Below, one piece after another: positions 46,167-55,409 of a stretch of DNA of 64,000 nucleotides. The DNA is from a virus. Under the pieces are notes generated by a model that was given only the letters and a program-made list of their open reading frames with translations, had not been told where the DNA came from and searched no databases. The translations under genes were made by a program, and so were the position numbers. Numbering within the stretch: position 1 is the first letter of the stretch; each line of letters opens with the position of its first letter. The stretch lies in IMG/VR virus record IMGVR_UViG_3300025425_001694; one strand, given 5' to 3'.

Positions 46167-46220
46167 AAATGATTGGCATAGAGCATGAGTAAAAATGATT
46201 GGCATAGAGCATGAGTAAAA
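46164..46220 (+). repeat. 26-bp perfect tandem duplication
   Basis: taaaaatgattggcatagagcatgag x2 plus taaaa. Confidence 0.9.
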
Positions 46221-46339
46221 TTCATTGGTTTGATAGAATTGAAAATCCAGCTAACAGAATGGTTGGGTACGAACACTATCCAGGATCGCACAAGGCAATT
46301 TGCTTCTGGTGGTTCTGTATTTTATGGAGTTCCAAATGA
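46211..46339 (+). CDS. 42-aa hypothetical protein (not in ORF track)
   Basis: MSKIHWFDRIENPANRMVGYEHYPGSHKAICFWWFCILWSSK; ATGA-coupled to next gene. Confidence 0.45.
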   Translation: MSKIHWFDRIENPANRMVGYEHYPGSHKAICFWWFCILWSSK

Positions 46340-46677
46340 CTGAATACAATCCTGACGAATACAATCCTGACAACTGGGTCATCATTAAGATTAAAGGTGA
46401 TGACCCTCACTACCGTGTCCTAGGCGGATGGAGTGGTGGTTACTTGGATGGTGACAGCTGGCGAATGAACAGTGGTATTACAAAGGTAGAAGAGGACGAA
46501 GCATTCTACTACTTCTATGGGTCTAGTGGGTCTCGATATCGTTGTTGTAAAGAGTCGTACACGTTAAGAATGAATAATGCTTATATTTGGGAACAACTAC
46601 AAGAACTTCACGGTGACACAGTTGAAATGATGTCAGAAGATACGGACTGGTTGAACACGGATTGGATTATCAAATGA
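46336..46677 (+). CDS. Phage hypothetical protein
   Basis: PDNWV..WSGGYLDGDSWRMNSGI..GSSGS.Y.C motif. Confidence 0.7.
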   Translation: MTEYNPDEYNPDNWVIIKIKGDDPHYRVLGGWSGGYLDGDSWRMNSGITKVEEDEAFYYFYGSSGSRYRCCKESYTLRMNNAYIWEQLQELHGDTVEMMSEDTDWLNTDWIIK

Positions 46678-46847
46678 CTAAACTAGAAGAACTCAAGGCT
46701 GGTTATGATACTGCTCGTGATGCTTATGCTGCTATTCGTGATGCTTATGATGCTGCTTATGTTGCTTATGCTGCTGCTCGTGATGTGCGTGATGCTGCTT
46801 ATGATGCTTATAAAGCTGAACTGAAGAAGGAGAGCACAAATGACTAA
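46674..46847 (+). CDS. Ala/Tyr/Asp-repeat small protein
   Basis: (R)DAYDAAY repeats encoded by gatgcttat units. Confidence 0.55.
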   Translation: MTKLEELKAGYDTARDAYAAIRDAYDAAYVAYAAARDVRDAAYDAYKAELKKESTND

Positions 46848-46886
46848 ATTAGAAGGTGCTCGTAAAGCACAATTACTAGATAAAGT

Positions 46887-47066
46887 ATGACTGACCATAT
46901 GTGGAAACCAGTAGAAGAAGTTCCTGATGGTTGCTCCAAAATTGAAGTGATGTTTGAGGATAACTCCATAGGTCACTGGTGCTCATGCGATTATCATTGG
47001 GCTGTTGCTTTAAAACAAAAGTTGCCCATATATTATAGAATGGATATAGAGGATATGGACGAATGA
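46887..47066 (+). CDS. 59-aa hypothetical protein (not in ORF track)
   Basis: MTDHMWKPVEE...IEDMDE; ATGA-coupled at both ends. Confidence 0.5.
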   Translation: MTDHMWKPVEEVPDGCSKIEVMFEDNSIGHWCSCDYHWAVALKQKLPIYYRMDIEDMDE

Positions 47067-47308
47067 GCTATAGGATTGAAGCCGCTACAAAAGAAGAATG
47101 GGCTGAAAGAGCATTATCTGGTGAGAAGAAGTTAGCTGACTTGAAAGATAGTATTAAAGAGTTGTTTAGTCTCCTTGATGCTACTGAAGAAACGGATGAA
47201 GGTCGGGCACACCGTCCAGTTCAAATAGTTTGTGTCCGTAGTGATATGTTGATGAAACTTGAGAACGTCTTGGCTACATTGAAAAGCACGTTAGGGGATA
47301 AAAAATGA
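47063..47308 (+). CDS. Hypothetical protein
   Basis: Coupled ORF. Confidence 0.55.
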   Translation: MSYRIEAATKEEWAERALSGEKKLADLKDSIKELFSLLDATEETDEGRAHRPVQIVCVRSDMLMKLENVLATLKSTLGDKK

Positions 47309-47469
47309 AGTTTATTCAACACCAAGATAATGGAACAAAGATTGAAATAGAAATCGACAATCATGCATCACTTGATGCTGTGCTTGAAGAGTTTCAAAAC
47401 TTTCTTCGTGCTTGTGGATACACAATTGAATATAATCAAGTGTTAACGATACAGGATATGGACGAATGA
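47305..47469 (+). CDS. 54-aa hypothetical protein (not in ORF track)
   Basis: MKFIQH...LEEFQNFLRACGY...QDMDE. Confidence 0.55.
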   Translation: MKFIQHQDNGTKIEIEIDNHASLDAVLEEFQNFLRACGYTIEYNQVLTIQDMDE

Positions 47470-47972
47470 AAGTTAAAATTGGCGGATATCCAAACTATTA
47501 CTATTGGTTAGATAAGTTTTTTGGTTGGAATCCTAAACAAAAAATAAGCGTTCGTATTGATGAGCACGACACTTGGAGCATGGATAATACCCTTGCTCAT
47601 ATTATCCTACCTATGCTGGTGCAGTTGAAAGATACCAAGCACGGTGCTCCAAATGTAGACGCCGCCGATGTACCTAAAGAACTTCGTGCTACTAAAAAAC
47701 AACTGGCCGCATATAGTAAAACAGGCGAGACTGATGACAACTATTTCAAGCGTTGGGATTGGGTATTAGACGAAATGATTTGGGCGTTTGAACAGAAAGT
47801 AAAAGATGATTGGGAAAGCGATTATTACAAGTTGGAAGAAGGAGCTGGTGATGGGTTTCCTGGTGGTTTTAAACTAGTATGGGAGGATCGTGAAGGTTGC
47901 AAAGCGCATCAACTAAGAATGACCAACGGTTTTAAACTGTTTGGCAAATTTTACGAAAATTTATGGGATTGA
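47466..47972 (+). CDS. Phage hypothetical protein
   Basis: DTWSMD.TLA.II.PML.QLK, W.W.LDEMIWAF, GF.LFGK.Y..LWD. Confidence 0.7.
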   Translation: MKVKIGGYPNYYYWLDKFFGWNPKQKISVRIDEHDTWSMDNTLAHIILPMLVQLKDTKHGAPNVDAADVPKELRATKKQLAAYSKTGETDDNYFKRWDWVLDEMIWAFEQKVKDDWESDYYKLEEGAGDGFPGGFKLVWEDREGCKAHQLRMTNGFKLFGKFYENLWD

Positions 47973-47976
47973 TGTA

Positions 47977-48189
47977 ATGAGTAAAATTCAAGCCAAACTA
48001 AATGTTATTATGGATGAAATCCAAGCTTTAATGGAAACCGGCCCAAGGGCACATCTTGAAGACGGATCTAATATTCACAAGCTTATGAGTTCTGCAGGAT
48101 TATATTTTGCTCATATGAATGACGAAAATAAAGATTATTATCAGGCTATTCAATATGCCATAGAAGAAGAAATGGAGTGGAAACTATGA
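47977..48189 (+). CDS. Hypothetical protein
   Basis: ORF in coupled array. Confidence 0.5.
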   Translation: MSKIQAKLNVIMDEIQALMETGPRAHLEDGSNIHKLMSSAGLYFAHMNDENKDYYQAIQYAIEEEMEWKL

Positions 48190-48365
48190 CGGACGGACCT
48201 TTTAAAAACGCATTTGACGCCGACACTACCGGTGTTGTTCGTAGAGAAATTGTAACATATCGTATGCGTGATGGCACGATGGTTAAAGAACAAGCATGTC
48301 GTGATTATTATCAGAGCGGTGATTATCACGACTCGCAAACAACTGCTCCATTGGTGGTACGATAA
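48186..48365 (+). CDS. Hypothetical protein
   Basis: ATGA overlap, GGAG RBS. Confidence 0.5.
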   Translation: MTDGPFKNAFDADTTGVVRREIVTYRMRDGTMVKEQACRDYYQSGDYHDSQTTAPLVVR

Positions 48366-48366
48366 A

Positions 48367-48597
48367 ATGGCTATATTACCCCAAGGTAGAAAACCGTTAA
48401 CCGAAACAGATTTGTTAAAAATGATACCTCGCAGTAATATTTATTGTACAGAAGAAATCATTAAAGAAGACACCGAAATGTTAGCTTGGCTCCGACTTGC
48501 AGCCGAAGATAGCGAAATCGTTACACGAATTGCAGATAGATTTGAATCGCTTGCAAATACAGCTCATAACCGTAAACATTGGACAGGACACGAATGA
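48367..48597 (+). CDS. Hypothetical protein
   Basis: ORF in coupled array. Confidence 0.5.
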   Translation: MAILPQGRKPLTETDLLKMIPRSNIYCTEEIIKEDTEMLAWLRLAAEDSEIVTRIADRFESLANTAHNRKHWTGHE

Positions 48598-48917
48598 TGG
48601 AAAAAGAATATGTTGTTATAACTACAATTTCAACTCACAAATCACGGTTTGTTATTCGTAAAGATGAATTGCAAAAAATGAACACTGATATTACTCTTAC
48701 AGACGAATCTGCTTTTGAATGGGCAGGAGACTCTGTTTTGTCTAATGAAATTAAAGAATTTTCTCAAGAATGGCTGGGAGACAGTTTTATTGACGCTGAT
48801 ATTAAAACTAAAGAAGAAATTTTACAATTGTTTGACCGTGAAAATGATTACCTGAAAAACTGGTCGCACGAGCAAAAAATGAATTGGATAAACAATTGGA
48901 GAGAAACTGATGTCTAA
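48594..48917 (+). CDS. Hypothetical protein
   Basis: EFSQEWLG, FDRENDYL..W motifs. Confidence 0.55.
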   Translation: MMEKEYVVITTISTHKSRFVIRKDELQKMNTDITLTDESAFEWAGDSVLSNEIKEFSQEWLGDSFIDADIKTKEEILQLFDRENDYLKNWSHEQKMNWINNWRETDV

Positions 48918-49176
48918 AATAGCAGTGACCATATATGGAAAAGATAATTGCCATTGGTGTAAAGAAGCAAAATCTTTAGCTGAAAGGTATTCTCTTAAGT
49001 ACGAATATAAAAATATAGGCACGGTAGAAAATAGAAACGAAATGTTTGAATTAGCTCCTGATGCTAAAACTGTGCCTCAAGTATTTTGGAATAATCAGTA
49101 CGTAGGTGGATATAATGAATTTGCTTCTGAAATCGAAAATACGCTAGGTAGCAATTTTGGACAAGAACTTTTTTAA
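48910..49176 (+). CDS. nrdC: Glutaredoxin
   Basis: CHWC, KTVPQVF, VGGY. Confidence 0.9.
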   Translation: MSKIAVTIYGKDNCHWCKEAKSLAERYSLKYEYKNIGTVENRNEMFELAPDAKTVPQVFWNNQYVGGYNEFASEIENTLGSNFGQELF

Positions 49177-49191
49177 ATTATCATTTAGCTA

Positions 49192-49225
49192 TTGACATTT
49201 GCCTAATAATAGTTTAGATTGATTC
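49192..49225 (+). promoter_or_regulatory. Early promoter with GANTC just downstream of -10
   Basis: TTGACA-17-TAGATT-GATTC. Confidence 0.75.
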
Positions 49226-49245
49226 TATAAACAAAAGGAATCAAT

Positions 49246-49488
49246 ATGACATATGCAATCGAACTTGACATTTCCCACGAACCTTCTCATTCGGAAGTTG
49301 TTCAATTCGCGGGTGACCATGGCTGCACAACTAAACTTCTGATGGAAAATGGTCCTGCAGGCGGCAATCCTCTTTATGAATTCTCATCTGATAACTATGA
49401 TAACATCCGAGGATTTCTTGAACGAGTTATAGGTTATGGTCATGGATTTGATGAAGAAGAACTTAAAACTATGATCGTAGAGGTATAA
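49246..49488 (+). CDS. Early hypothetical protein
   Basis: GPAGGNP motif. Confidence 0.6.
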   Translation: MTYAIELDISHEPSHSEVVQFAGDHGCTTKLLMENGPAGGNPLYEFSSDNYDNIRGFLERVIGYGHGFDEEELKTMIVEV

Positions 49489-49491
49489 ATT

Positions 49492-49680
49492 ATGATTGAC
49501 TATATTGAATTTGCAAAACGTCTTCGCAGCTTAGCAAGACGTGCTGATAATTTTGGAAAAAACCGCCAAGACGTTCTTTGGGAAATTATTGCAATTGCTG
49601 AAGACTATGAAGAAAAAGTAGATCGCCTTGAAATGGAAATGATTATCCAAGCTCAACGTGATGCAGTAGAAGCATCTTAG
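49492..49680 (+). CDS. Hypothetical protein
   Basis: GAGG RBS. Confidence 0.5.
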   Translation: MIDYIEFAKRLRSLARRADNFGKNRQDVLWEIIAIAEDYEEKVDRLEMEMIIQAQRDAVEAS

Positions 49681-49681
49681 T

Positions 49682-50023
49682 ATGAGTATGCATATGATAC
49701 GTGGCGTACAAGTTCACGGAAAATGTAAAAAGAAACTAACTCCTAAAGATCGGCTAGCCGCTGTTGAGCATGAAAAGTGGCTTAAGTCTATGGGTGTTGG
49801 CAAGACAAAAGCTCAGAATACGAATACTATTCCAGATTATAGTACAGGACCGAGAATGACTTCTGATAAAATTGCAGGTCATGGTCGTGCTAAAGAGCGC
49901 AATGTATATAGTGGTGAACGACAACTGCTCGGCATCGCAACAATGCATAAAAGCAACATGGTACCAATCTTTGCCGATAAAAAAGAAGATGCTAAAGATA
50001 TTGCAGAAATGCGGAGAAATTAA
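49682..50023 (+). CDS. T4-like hypothetical protein
   Basis: YSG...GIATMHKSNMVPIF...A.DIA.MRRN. Confidence 0.7.
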   Translation: MSMHMIRGVQVHGKCKKKLTPKDRLAAVEHEKWLKSMGVGKTKAQNTNTIPDYSTGPRMTSDKIAGHGRAKERNVYSGERQLLGIATMHKSNMVPIFADKKEDAKDIAEMRRN

Positions 50024-50227
50024 ATGAAGCTCACTACTAATATGATTATAGATGATGAGTATATTATGTTTGGAAACAGAATTACACGCTTTGAGGTTAT
50101 TGATAATAACGGCCGCTCTTATACAAAAAATGAAATAAAGGAAATAAAGTTTCAATTACAAGATGATGGTCAAACACTAAAAGCTTTTGTTCATTATAAT
50201 AAAGAAGAAGAAATATGTATTGATTAA
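50024..50227 (+). CDS. Hypothetical protein
   Basis: TRFEVID..GR.Y ... QDDGQTLK.F. Confidence 0.55.
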   Translation: MKLTTNMIIDDEYIMFGNRITRFEVIDNNGRSYTKNEIKEIKFQLQDDGQTLKAFVHYNKEEEICID

Positions 50228-50278
50228 TAATTTAATCTAGGCAGGCTGAATAAATAACTCTATCAAAGGAGTTATATT

Positions 50279-50713
50279 ATGTGGCATTACAAAGATAAAG
50301 AATTTACTTCAGAAATGATTGGGGATTATATCGGTTTTGTTTACATAATCACTGACGTTTCAAACGATAAGAAATATATCGGAAAAAAAATCTTTAAATC
50401 AAAAAGAAGACTTAAACCGCTTAAGGGTAAAACCCGTAGGCGGACTAAAATTGTTGAATCTGATTGGATGAAATACTATGGCTCATCAGAAACAGTTCAA
50501 TTGATATTAGAAGAAAAGGGAGTAAATAACTTTCATAGAGAAATAATTCATCTCTGTGATAAGAAAGGAGAAATGGGATACCTCGAGCTTTATGAACAAA
50601 TTACTCGTCACGCATTATTAGATGACTCATATTACAATGGTATATGCCAAGCTAAAATACATAGAAGCCATGTTAAGGGATTAAAATGGCTTATGAGTGA
50701 TACTAATAGTTGA
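50279..50713 (+). CDS. GIY-YIG endonuclease (EndoII-like)
   Basis: GFVYIIT..KKYIGKK, ESDW.KYYGSS, YYN. Confidence 0.85.
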   Translation: MWHYKDKEFTSEMIGDYIGFVYIITDVSNDKKYIGKKIFKSKRRLKPLKGKTRRRTKIVESDWMKYYGSSETVQLILEEKGVNNFHREIIHLCDKKGEMGYLELYEQITRHALLDDSYYNGICQAKIHRSHVKGLKWLMSDTNS

Positions 50714-50738
50714 CATTTATATTCAATTGTGTTATATT
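50710..50738 (+). promoter_or_regulatory. Sigma70-type promoter
   Basis: TTGACA-17-TATATT; GAATC at 50748. Confidence 0.75.
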
Positions 50739-50773
50739 AGAAATATAGAATCAAACATGCCGGAGAAAAGCAA

Positions 50774-51022
50774 ATGATTATTAAAAGAAAAAGTGTTATT
50801 AGTGGAACTGTTCGTTCATTGGATATTCCTGTTAATCCTGACGATTATGCTACATGGAAATCTGGCCTTGAAAGTATTCAAAAAGCTATGCCTTATCTTA
50901 ATGATGCTGATCGCGAGTTTATTCTCTCTGGCATTACAAGTAGTGAATGGGACAGTGCTTTTTCTGAAACGATTGAAGATATTATTTCTGATACAGTATT
51001 AAGCAGAAAGCTTTCGGTTTGA
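50774..51022 (+). CDS. Phage hypothetical protein
   Basis: IQ.AMP.L...DREFILSGIT..EWD. Confidence 0.65.
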   Translation: MIIKRKSVISGTVRSLDIPVNPDDYATWKSGLESIQKAMPYLNDADREFILSGITSSEWDSAFSETIEDIISDTVLSRKLSV

Positions 51023-51669
51023 TTGTATTATTTAACGGACCTCCTAGGTCAGGAAAAGATGAGGCTGCTGACTATTTTAAACAAAAAGGGTTTAAACACC
51101 TTTCTTTTAAGTACCAGCTATACAGAGAAACATGTAACTATTTCAAATGTGACTATGAATGGTTTATAGAACGATATGACAATCGCAGCTTAAAAGAAGT
51201 TCCTCATGTTGATCTTGGCCATATGTCTTGTCGTGAAGCAATGATATACGTATCAGAAAAAGTTATTAAACCAAAACATGGTTTAGATTTTTTTGGAAAA
51301 CAAGTTGCAAATGAAATTAACTTATCAAAAGATTATTGTATTTCAGACGGTGGCTTTATTGATGAACTCATTCCGGTTATAAATAGAATTGGTTCCGATA
51401 ATTTTGTTTTGGTACAACTTACTAGAGACGGTTGCGATTATTCTTCAGATTCAAGAAGATATTTTGACGGTGAATTAATTCACCAATATATAAATTCGCA
51501 CGAAACACCAATTCAAAAAAAATATGTTTTACCTCATAAATTTAATGTAAAAACATATAGAATTCATAATAACGGCGCGCTCGGAGCCTTTCACAATGTA
51601 TTAAAAGATATTTACGCAAAGGAATGTCATGAGCGAGCATCAAGAGCAAAAGAAAACTGTCAAGTCTAA
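51019..51669 (+). CDS. Deoxynucleoside-monophosphate kinase (gp1-like)
   Basis: NGPPRSGKD P-loop, ISDGGF.DE. Confidence 0.75.
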   Translation: MIVLFNGPPRSGKDEAADYFKQKGFKHLSFKYQLYRETCNYFKCDYEWFIERYDNRSLKEVPHVDLGHMSCREAMIYVSEKVIKPKHGLDFFGKQVANEINLSKDYCISDGGFIDELIPVINRIGSDNFVLVQLTRDGCDYSSDSRRYFDGELIHQYINSHETPIQKKYVLPHKFNVKTYRIHNNGALGAFHNVLKDIYAKECHERASRAKENCQV

Positions 51670-51859
51670 AATATTTTGCGAAAATCCGTATGATCTAGAA
51701 ACCTTTTTCCAATCGCTGGAAATTGCTGCACACGCAAACAAAGAACTTTTTTTTATGGATAAATTCGTATCTTATGTGCGTCTAGACCCATTAGTTGATA
51801 CTACAGAAATAAGTTATAAAATATTACAAGATTTAGATCTTATAAACATAGAAATTTAA
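51629..51859 (+). CDS. Hypothetical protein
   Basis: AAGG RBS; overlaps kinase gene. Confidence 0.45.
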   Translation: MSEHQEQKKTVKSKIFCENPYDLETFFQSLEIAAHANKELFFMDKFVSYVRLDPLVDTTEISYKILQDLDLINIEI

Positions 51860-51877
51860 ATTCAAGGAAATTATATT

Positions 51878-52138
51878 ATGTACGATAGAAATGAAATTGC
51901 CGAGTCTTTGAAGAACGGTCGTTGTAAAATTGTCTTTACGAAAGTAAATGGCGATGAACGTGTAATGAATTGCACACTTCACGAGTCTCTACTCCCAGAG
52001 CAGATTGACATAGAAGAACATATTCAAAAGAAAAAACCAAACCAAGACGTTCTTGCAGTTTGGGATATTGATGCCACTGGCTGGCGGTCGTTTCGTTGGG
52101 ATTCAATTAAAGATTTTACAGTCGATTCTGTTCTATGA
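51878..52138 (+). CDS. WYL-like/SH3 beta-barrel protein
   Basis: FTKVNGDERVM.CTL ... VWD....WRSFR. Confidence 0.7.
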   Translation: MYDRNEIAESLKNGRCKIVFTKVNGDERVMNCTLHESLLPEQIDIEEHIQKKKPNQDVLAVWDIDATGWRSFRWDSIKDFTVDSVL

Positions 52139-53079
52139 GTTGTGTCTATAAAGGAAAGGTAATAGAAACAGATTTATCTAAAAACTCCAAAGGCGGCACT
52201 GAAATGATGCGCAATCGTCTTGTTGAAAACGTAGATAAAACTTTACTTAAAAAATATGCTGTTCATTTGTCAAGACCTCGAGAATTGTATGGTGATGTAA
52301 AAAACATTTTTTATTGTCACGATCTTGCTTTAGATCCTGAGAACAAAATTCTTAAAGACAATGGCTGGGAAAAATTCGATCATTTTGTGTTCGTTTCATA
52401 TTGGCAAAGAGATCAATATATTTTAATCTATGGAATTCCCTACTCTAAATGTACAGTTATTCAAAACGCTATTGAATTAGAATATTCGCCGATTGAAAAG
52501 CAAACAGGCCAAATTCGTTTAATATATCACACGACTCCACATAGAGGCCTCGAACTTGTATATCCAATTGTTGACGCGTTATCAAAACAATATGACAATA
52601 TTCATTTAGACGTGTATTCTTCTTTTTCAATATACGGTTGGAAGCAAAGAGATAAACCTTTTAAAGAACTTTTCAATAAAATTAAAAATCATAGTCATAT
52701 GACATATCATGGCTCTGTTAATAACAATGTTATTCTTGATGCGTTGAAGAAAAGCCATATATTTTTATTTCCATCTATTTGGCAAGAAACGTCATGCATT
52801 GCTATGATAGAGGCCATCCGCTCTGGGGTTCTAGTAATTCATCCTAGTTACGGTGCTCTTCAAGAAACTGCTGTCGATGCAACTGTGATGTACGAATATA
52901 CTGAAATTGCAAATGATAACGCGAATATGGCTTTTTCCGTAGTTAAAAATTTATTAGAAGCTCAAAAGATTGAACCAAATTTGTTTAATAATATGACTTC
53001 GTCTGAGCGATTTGCCCTTCCTAAAAATAGTATAAATAATTTTACTAACTCTTGGAATAACTTATTGAGGCATTTATAA
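52135..53079 (+). CDS. GT-B glycosyltransferase (GT4-like)
   Basis: GGTE, YHTTPHRGL, PSIWQETSCI..IEA. Confidence 0.8.
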   Translation: MSCVYKGKVIETDLSKNSKGGTEMMRNRLVENVDKTLLKKYAVHLSRPRELYGDVKNIFYCHDLALDPENKILKDNGWEKFDHFVFVSYWQRDQYILIYGIPYSKCTVIQNAIELEYSPIEKQTGQIRLIYHTTPHRGLELVYPIVDALSKQYDNIHLDVYSSFSIYGWKQRDKPFKELFNKIKNHSHMTYHGSVNNNVILDALKKSHIFLFPSIWQETSCIAMIEAIRSGVLVIHPSYGALQETAVDATVMYEYTEIANDNANMAFSVVKNLLEAQKIEPNLFNNMTSSERFALPKNSINNFTNSWNNLLRHL

Positions 53080-53080
53080 A

Positions 53081-53422
53081 ATGGGTGAACTTATTACCTT
53101 TCCGAAAATGAAATTAGATACTCCACCGCAATCCGCTGATGAATTAGCAGAAAAGCTAGCTGACTACAGAACCAGCTTTTCAACAGATGTTGCTGAACAA
53201 ATGTGGAATCTAGTTCTTATCGAAATGGTAAGGTCCGGGTGTAAATTTGATGATAACATGGAAGAGTATTTTCCTTCAATTATACTTTTGTTGGAAGCAA
53301 TCAAATCACTACACCTACAAACTAACGAAATTCATCATACACTACAAGATTTTGCAAAAGATTTTGTTATTGAAGAAGATATCAATGAAGAATCTATTGA
53401 CATTAATGATCTTTTAGATTAA
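53081..53422 (+). CDS. Hypothetical protein
   Basis: ITFP start; GAGG RBS. Confidence 0.55.
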   Translation: MGELITFPKMKLDTPPQSADELAEKLADYRTSFSTDVAEQMWNLVLIEMVRSGCKFDDNMEEYFPSIILLLEAIKSLHLQTNEIHHTLQDFAKDFVIEEDINEESIDINDLLD

Positions 53423-53463
53423 TATAGATCTGTAACACACAGATATGAAAGAAACAATATAAC

Positions 53464-54324
53464 ATGGCTATTTTAATTGACTTTAACCAAGTAATGCTAG
53501 CATCCTTATTCGCTAGCATTGGAAACCACCACAACATTGATGTTGACGAAAACCTTTTACGTCACATGTTCCTCAACTCTATTCGATCAAATCGAAAAAA
53601 GTTCCACGAAGAATTTGGCGAAATTGTAATTTGCGCTGACGGCCAAAAATCATGGCGGCGTGAGTCATATCCATACTACAAAGCAGCACGTAAAAAAACT
53701 CGTGATGAATCTGAATTGGATTGGAACCATTTGTTTAGTATCATAAACAATATTCGCTCTGAACTAAAAGAGTACTTTCCTTATAAAGTAATTCACATCG
53801 ACCATTGCGAAGCAGATGACGTAATTGGAACAGTACTACATAAATATGGTACTGAACTAAATATTGGCGCTGAACAATTTCTTGTTCTGTCTGGCGACCA
53901 CGATTTTAAACAATTGCACAAATACGCAAATGTAAAACAATACGATCCTGTTCGTAAAAAATGGATCCAAAATTCTGATCCTGATAAATATTTACGAGAA
54001 CACATATTAAAAGGAGACGTCGGGGACGGAGTGCCAAACATTCTTTCTGCTGATAATTGTATAGTAGTTGGCGAACGCCAAAAGCCGATGACAGCAAAAA
54101 GAATTGCAAACTTTACTGAAAATCCTGATTCGATGGATTCTCAAACAAAGGCCCGTTTTGACCGCAATACTCTTATGATTGATCTTTGTCAAGTTCCTCA
54201 AAAATATCAAGATATAATTCTTTCTGAATACGCTATTAAAAAAGAATTTGGAAGATCTAAACTATTTAACTATTTCGTACAAAAGAAATTGAAAAACTTA
54301 ATCACGGACATACAGGATTTTTAA
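53464..54324 (+). CDS. rnh: T4-type RNase H (5'-3' exonuclease)
   Basis: LIDFNQ, SWRR..YPYYKA.R, EADDVI, SGDHDF.QL, GD.GDGVPN. Confidence 0.95.
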   Translation: MAILIDFNQVMLASLFASIGNHHNIDVDENLLRHMFLNSIRSNRKKFHEEFGEIVICADGQKSWRRESYPYYKAARKKTRDESELDWNHLFSIINNIRSELKEYFPYKVIHIDHCEADDVIGTVLHKYGTELNIGAEQFLVLSGDHDFKQLHKYANVKQYDPVRKKWIQNSDPDKYLREHILKGDVGDGVPNILSADNCIVVGERQKPMTAKRIANFTENPDSMDSQTKARFDRNTLMIDLCQVPQKYQDIILSEYAIKKEFGRSKLFNYFVQKKLKNLITDIQDF

Positions 54325-54764
54325 TGTTACTATCATTATCTGAAATTATTAATAAAGCATGTGAACTTAACTCAAAAGAGGAAAAGGTAGCATGGCTTCA
54401 ACAAAACGATACCGCTCCCCTACGAACAATTCTTAAAAACACGTATGATAAAGGTGTTGAATTTCTAATTCCTAACGTTCCACCCCCTTGGAAAAAGAAT
54501 GGGTATTTTGACGTTGAAGGAATGCTATTCAAAGAAGCTCGGCGTTTGCGTATTTTCATCAAAGGTGGTGGTTATGATAACCTAAACCAAGCAAAAAGAG
54601 AAAATCTTTTTATTAGTCTATTACAAGACATTGACGATAGAGACGCAGATCTCCTATGTAATATGATTGCACAAAAACCTATTAAAGGATTGCCAAAAGC
54701 AACAGTGATTGAAGCATTCCCAGACCTAATTTCAACAGAAGTAAAAGAGAAAGAAAATGGCTAA
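54324..54764 (+). CDS. T4-like hypothetical protein
   Basis: L.KEARRL..F.KGG ... KRE.LFI.LL, EAFP.L. Confidence 0.7.
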   Translation: MLLSLSEIINKACELNSKEEKVAWLQQNDTAPLRTILKNTYDKGVEFLIPNVPPPWKKNGYFDVEGMLFKEARRLRIFIKGGGYDNLNQAKRENLFISLLQDIDDRDADLLCNMIAQKPIKGLPKATVIEAFPDLISTEVKEKENG

Positions 54765-54915
54765 GTCGTTTAAAAAATTTAGAGAAGATTACGATGAATG
54801 GGATGATGATAACGAAGATCACGAACGCAAAAAGCAAAAAATGAACATCCAAAACCAACGTCGTAAAAAAGCGCAGGAAAGATCTTCTATTTTTGATGAA
54901 AACGAAAAACCATAA
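54757..54915 (+). CDS. 52-aa highly charged protein (not in ORF track)
   Basis: MAKSFKKFREDYDEWDDD...RKKQK. Confidence 0.55.
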   Translation: MAKSFKKFREDYDEWDDDNEDHERKKQKMNIQNQRRKKAQERSSIFDENEKP

Positions 54916-54934
54916 TTCTTTTTCATATTAACTA

Positions 54935-54968
54935 TTGACATTTGAGTAGTACTAGTGTATATTGATTC
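54935..54968 (+). promoter_or_regulatory. Early promoter with GANTC just downstream of -10
   Basis: TTGACA-17-TATATT-GATTC. Confidence 0.78.
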
Positions 54969-54997
54969 TATAGGGTAAAACAAAAGGAATCAGTCTT

Positions 54998-55384
54998 ATG
55001 GGTACTTCATCAATGATCGCAAACTATAACGAAGACGGCACAGTTACAGCAACGTATTGCCATTACGATGGTTATCTTGCATATAACGGCCGTCTTCTTT
55101 TTGATTCATATAACACTCCTGAAAAGGCAAAAGCTGTTGCGAATGCTGGTTATATCTCGAGTTTGAAAAAAGATCTACAAACATCCTTAGATGAGTCAGT
55201 TCACTCAAATCAAGATCCAATAACATATAGCTCTATCGAAGATTTTTTAGCCGAAGGTCGAGAATTTTCCATGGCGGATTATCTTTATCTTTTTGACGGC
55301 GGCGCGTGGTTTTATGCTGCAGCTAACGGTAATAAAAAATTGCTAATGGAAGAAGTTGAACTTAATTTGAAAGAAATGGCATAA
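54998..55384 (+). CDS. Early hypothetical protein
   Basis: MGT.S.I ... YCHYDGY ... DYLYLF. Confidence 0.65.
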   Translation: MGTSSMIANYNEDGTVTATYCHYDGYLAYNGRLLFDSYNTPEKAKAVANAGYISSLKKDLQTSLDESVHSNQDPITYSSIEDFLAEGREFSMADYLYLFDGGAWFYAAANGNKKLLMEEVELNLKEMA

Positions 55385-55409
55385 ATTTGAAATTAAATCA
55401 AATTAACTA

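Noticed and set aside
46164-46220. CRISPR-like repeat
   Set aside because: Two abutting 26-bp copies with no spacer and no cas genes: a simple tandem duplication.
54757-54915. Counting MAKSFKKFRE as another capsid-targeted protein
   Set aside because: It resembles the leader but lies in the rnh early/middle operon with no late promoter, so the evidence is insufficient.
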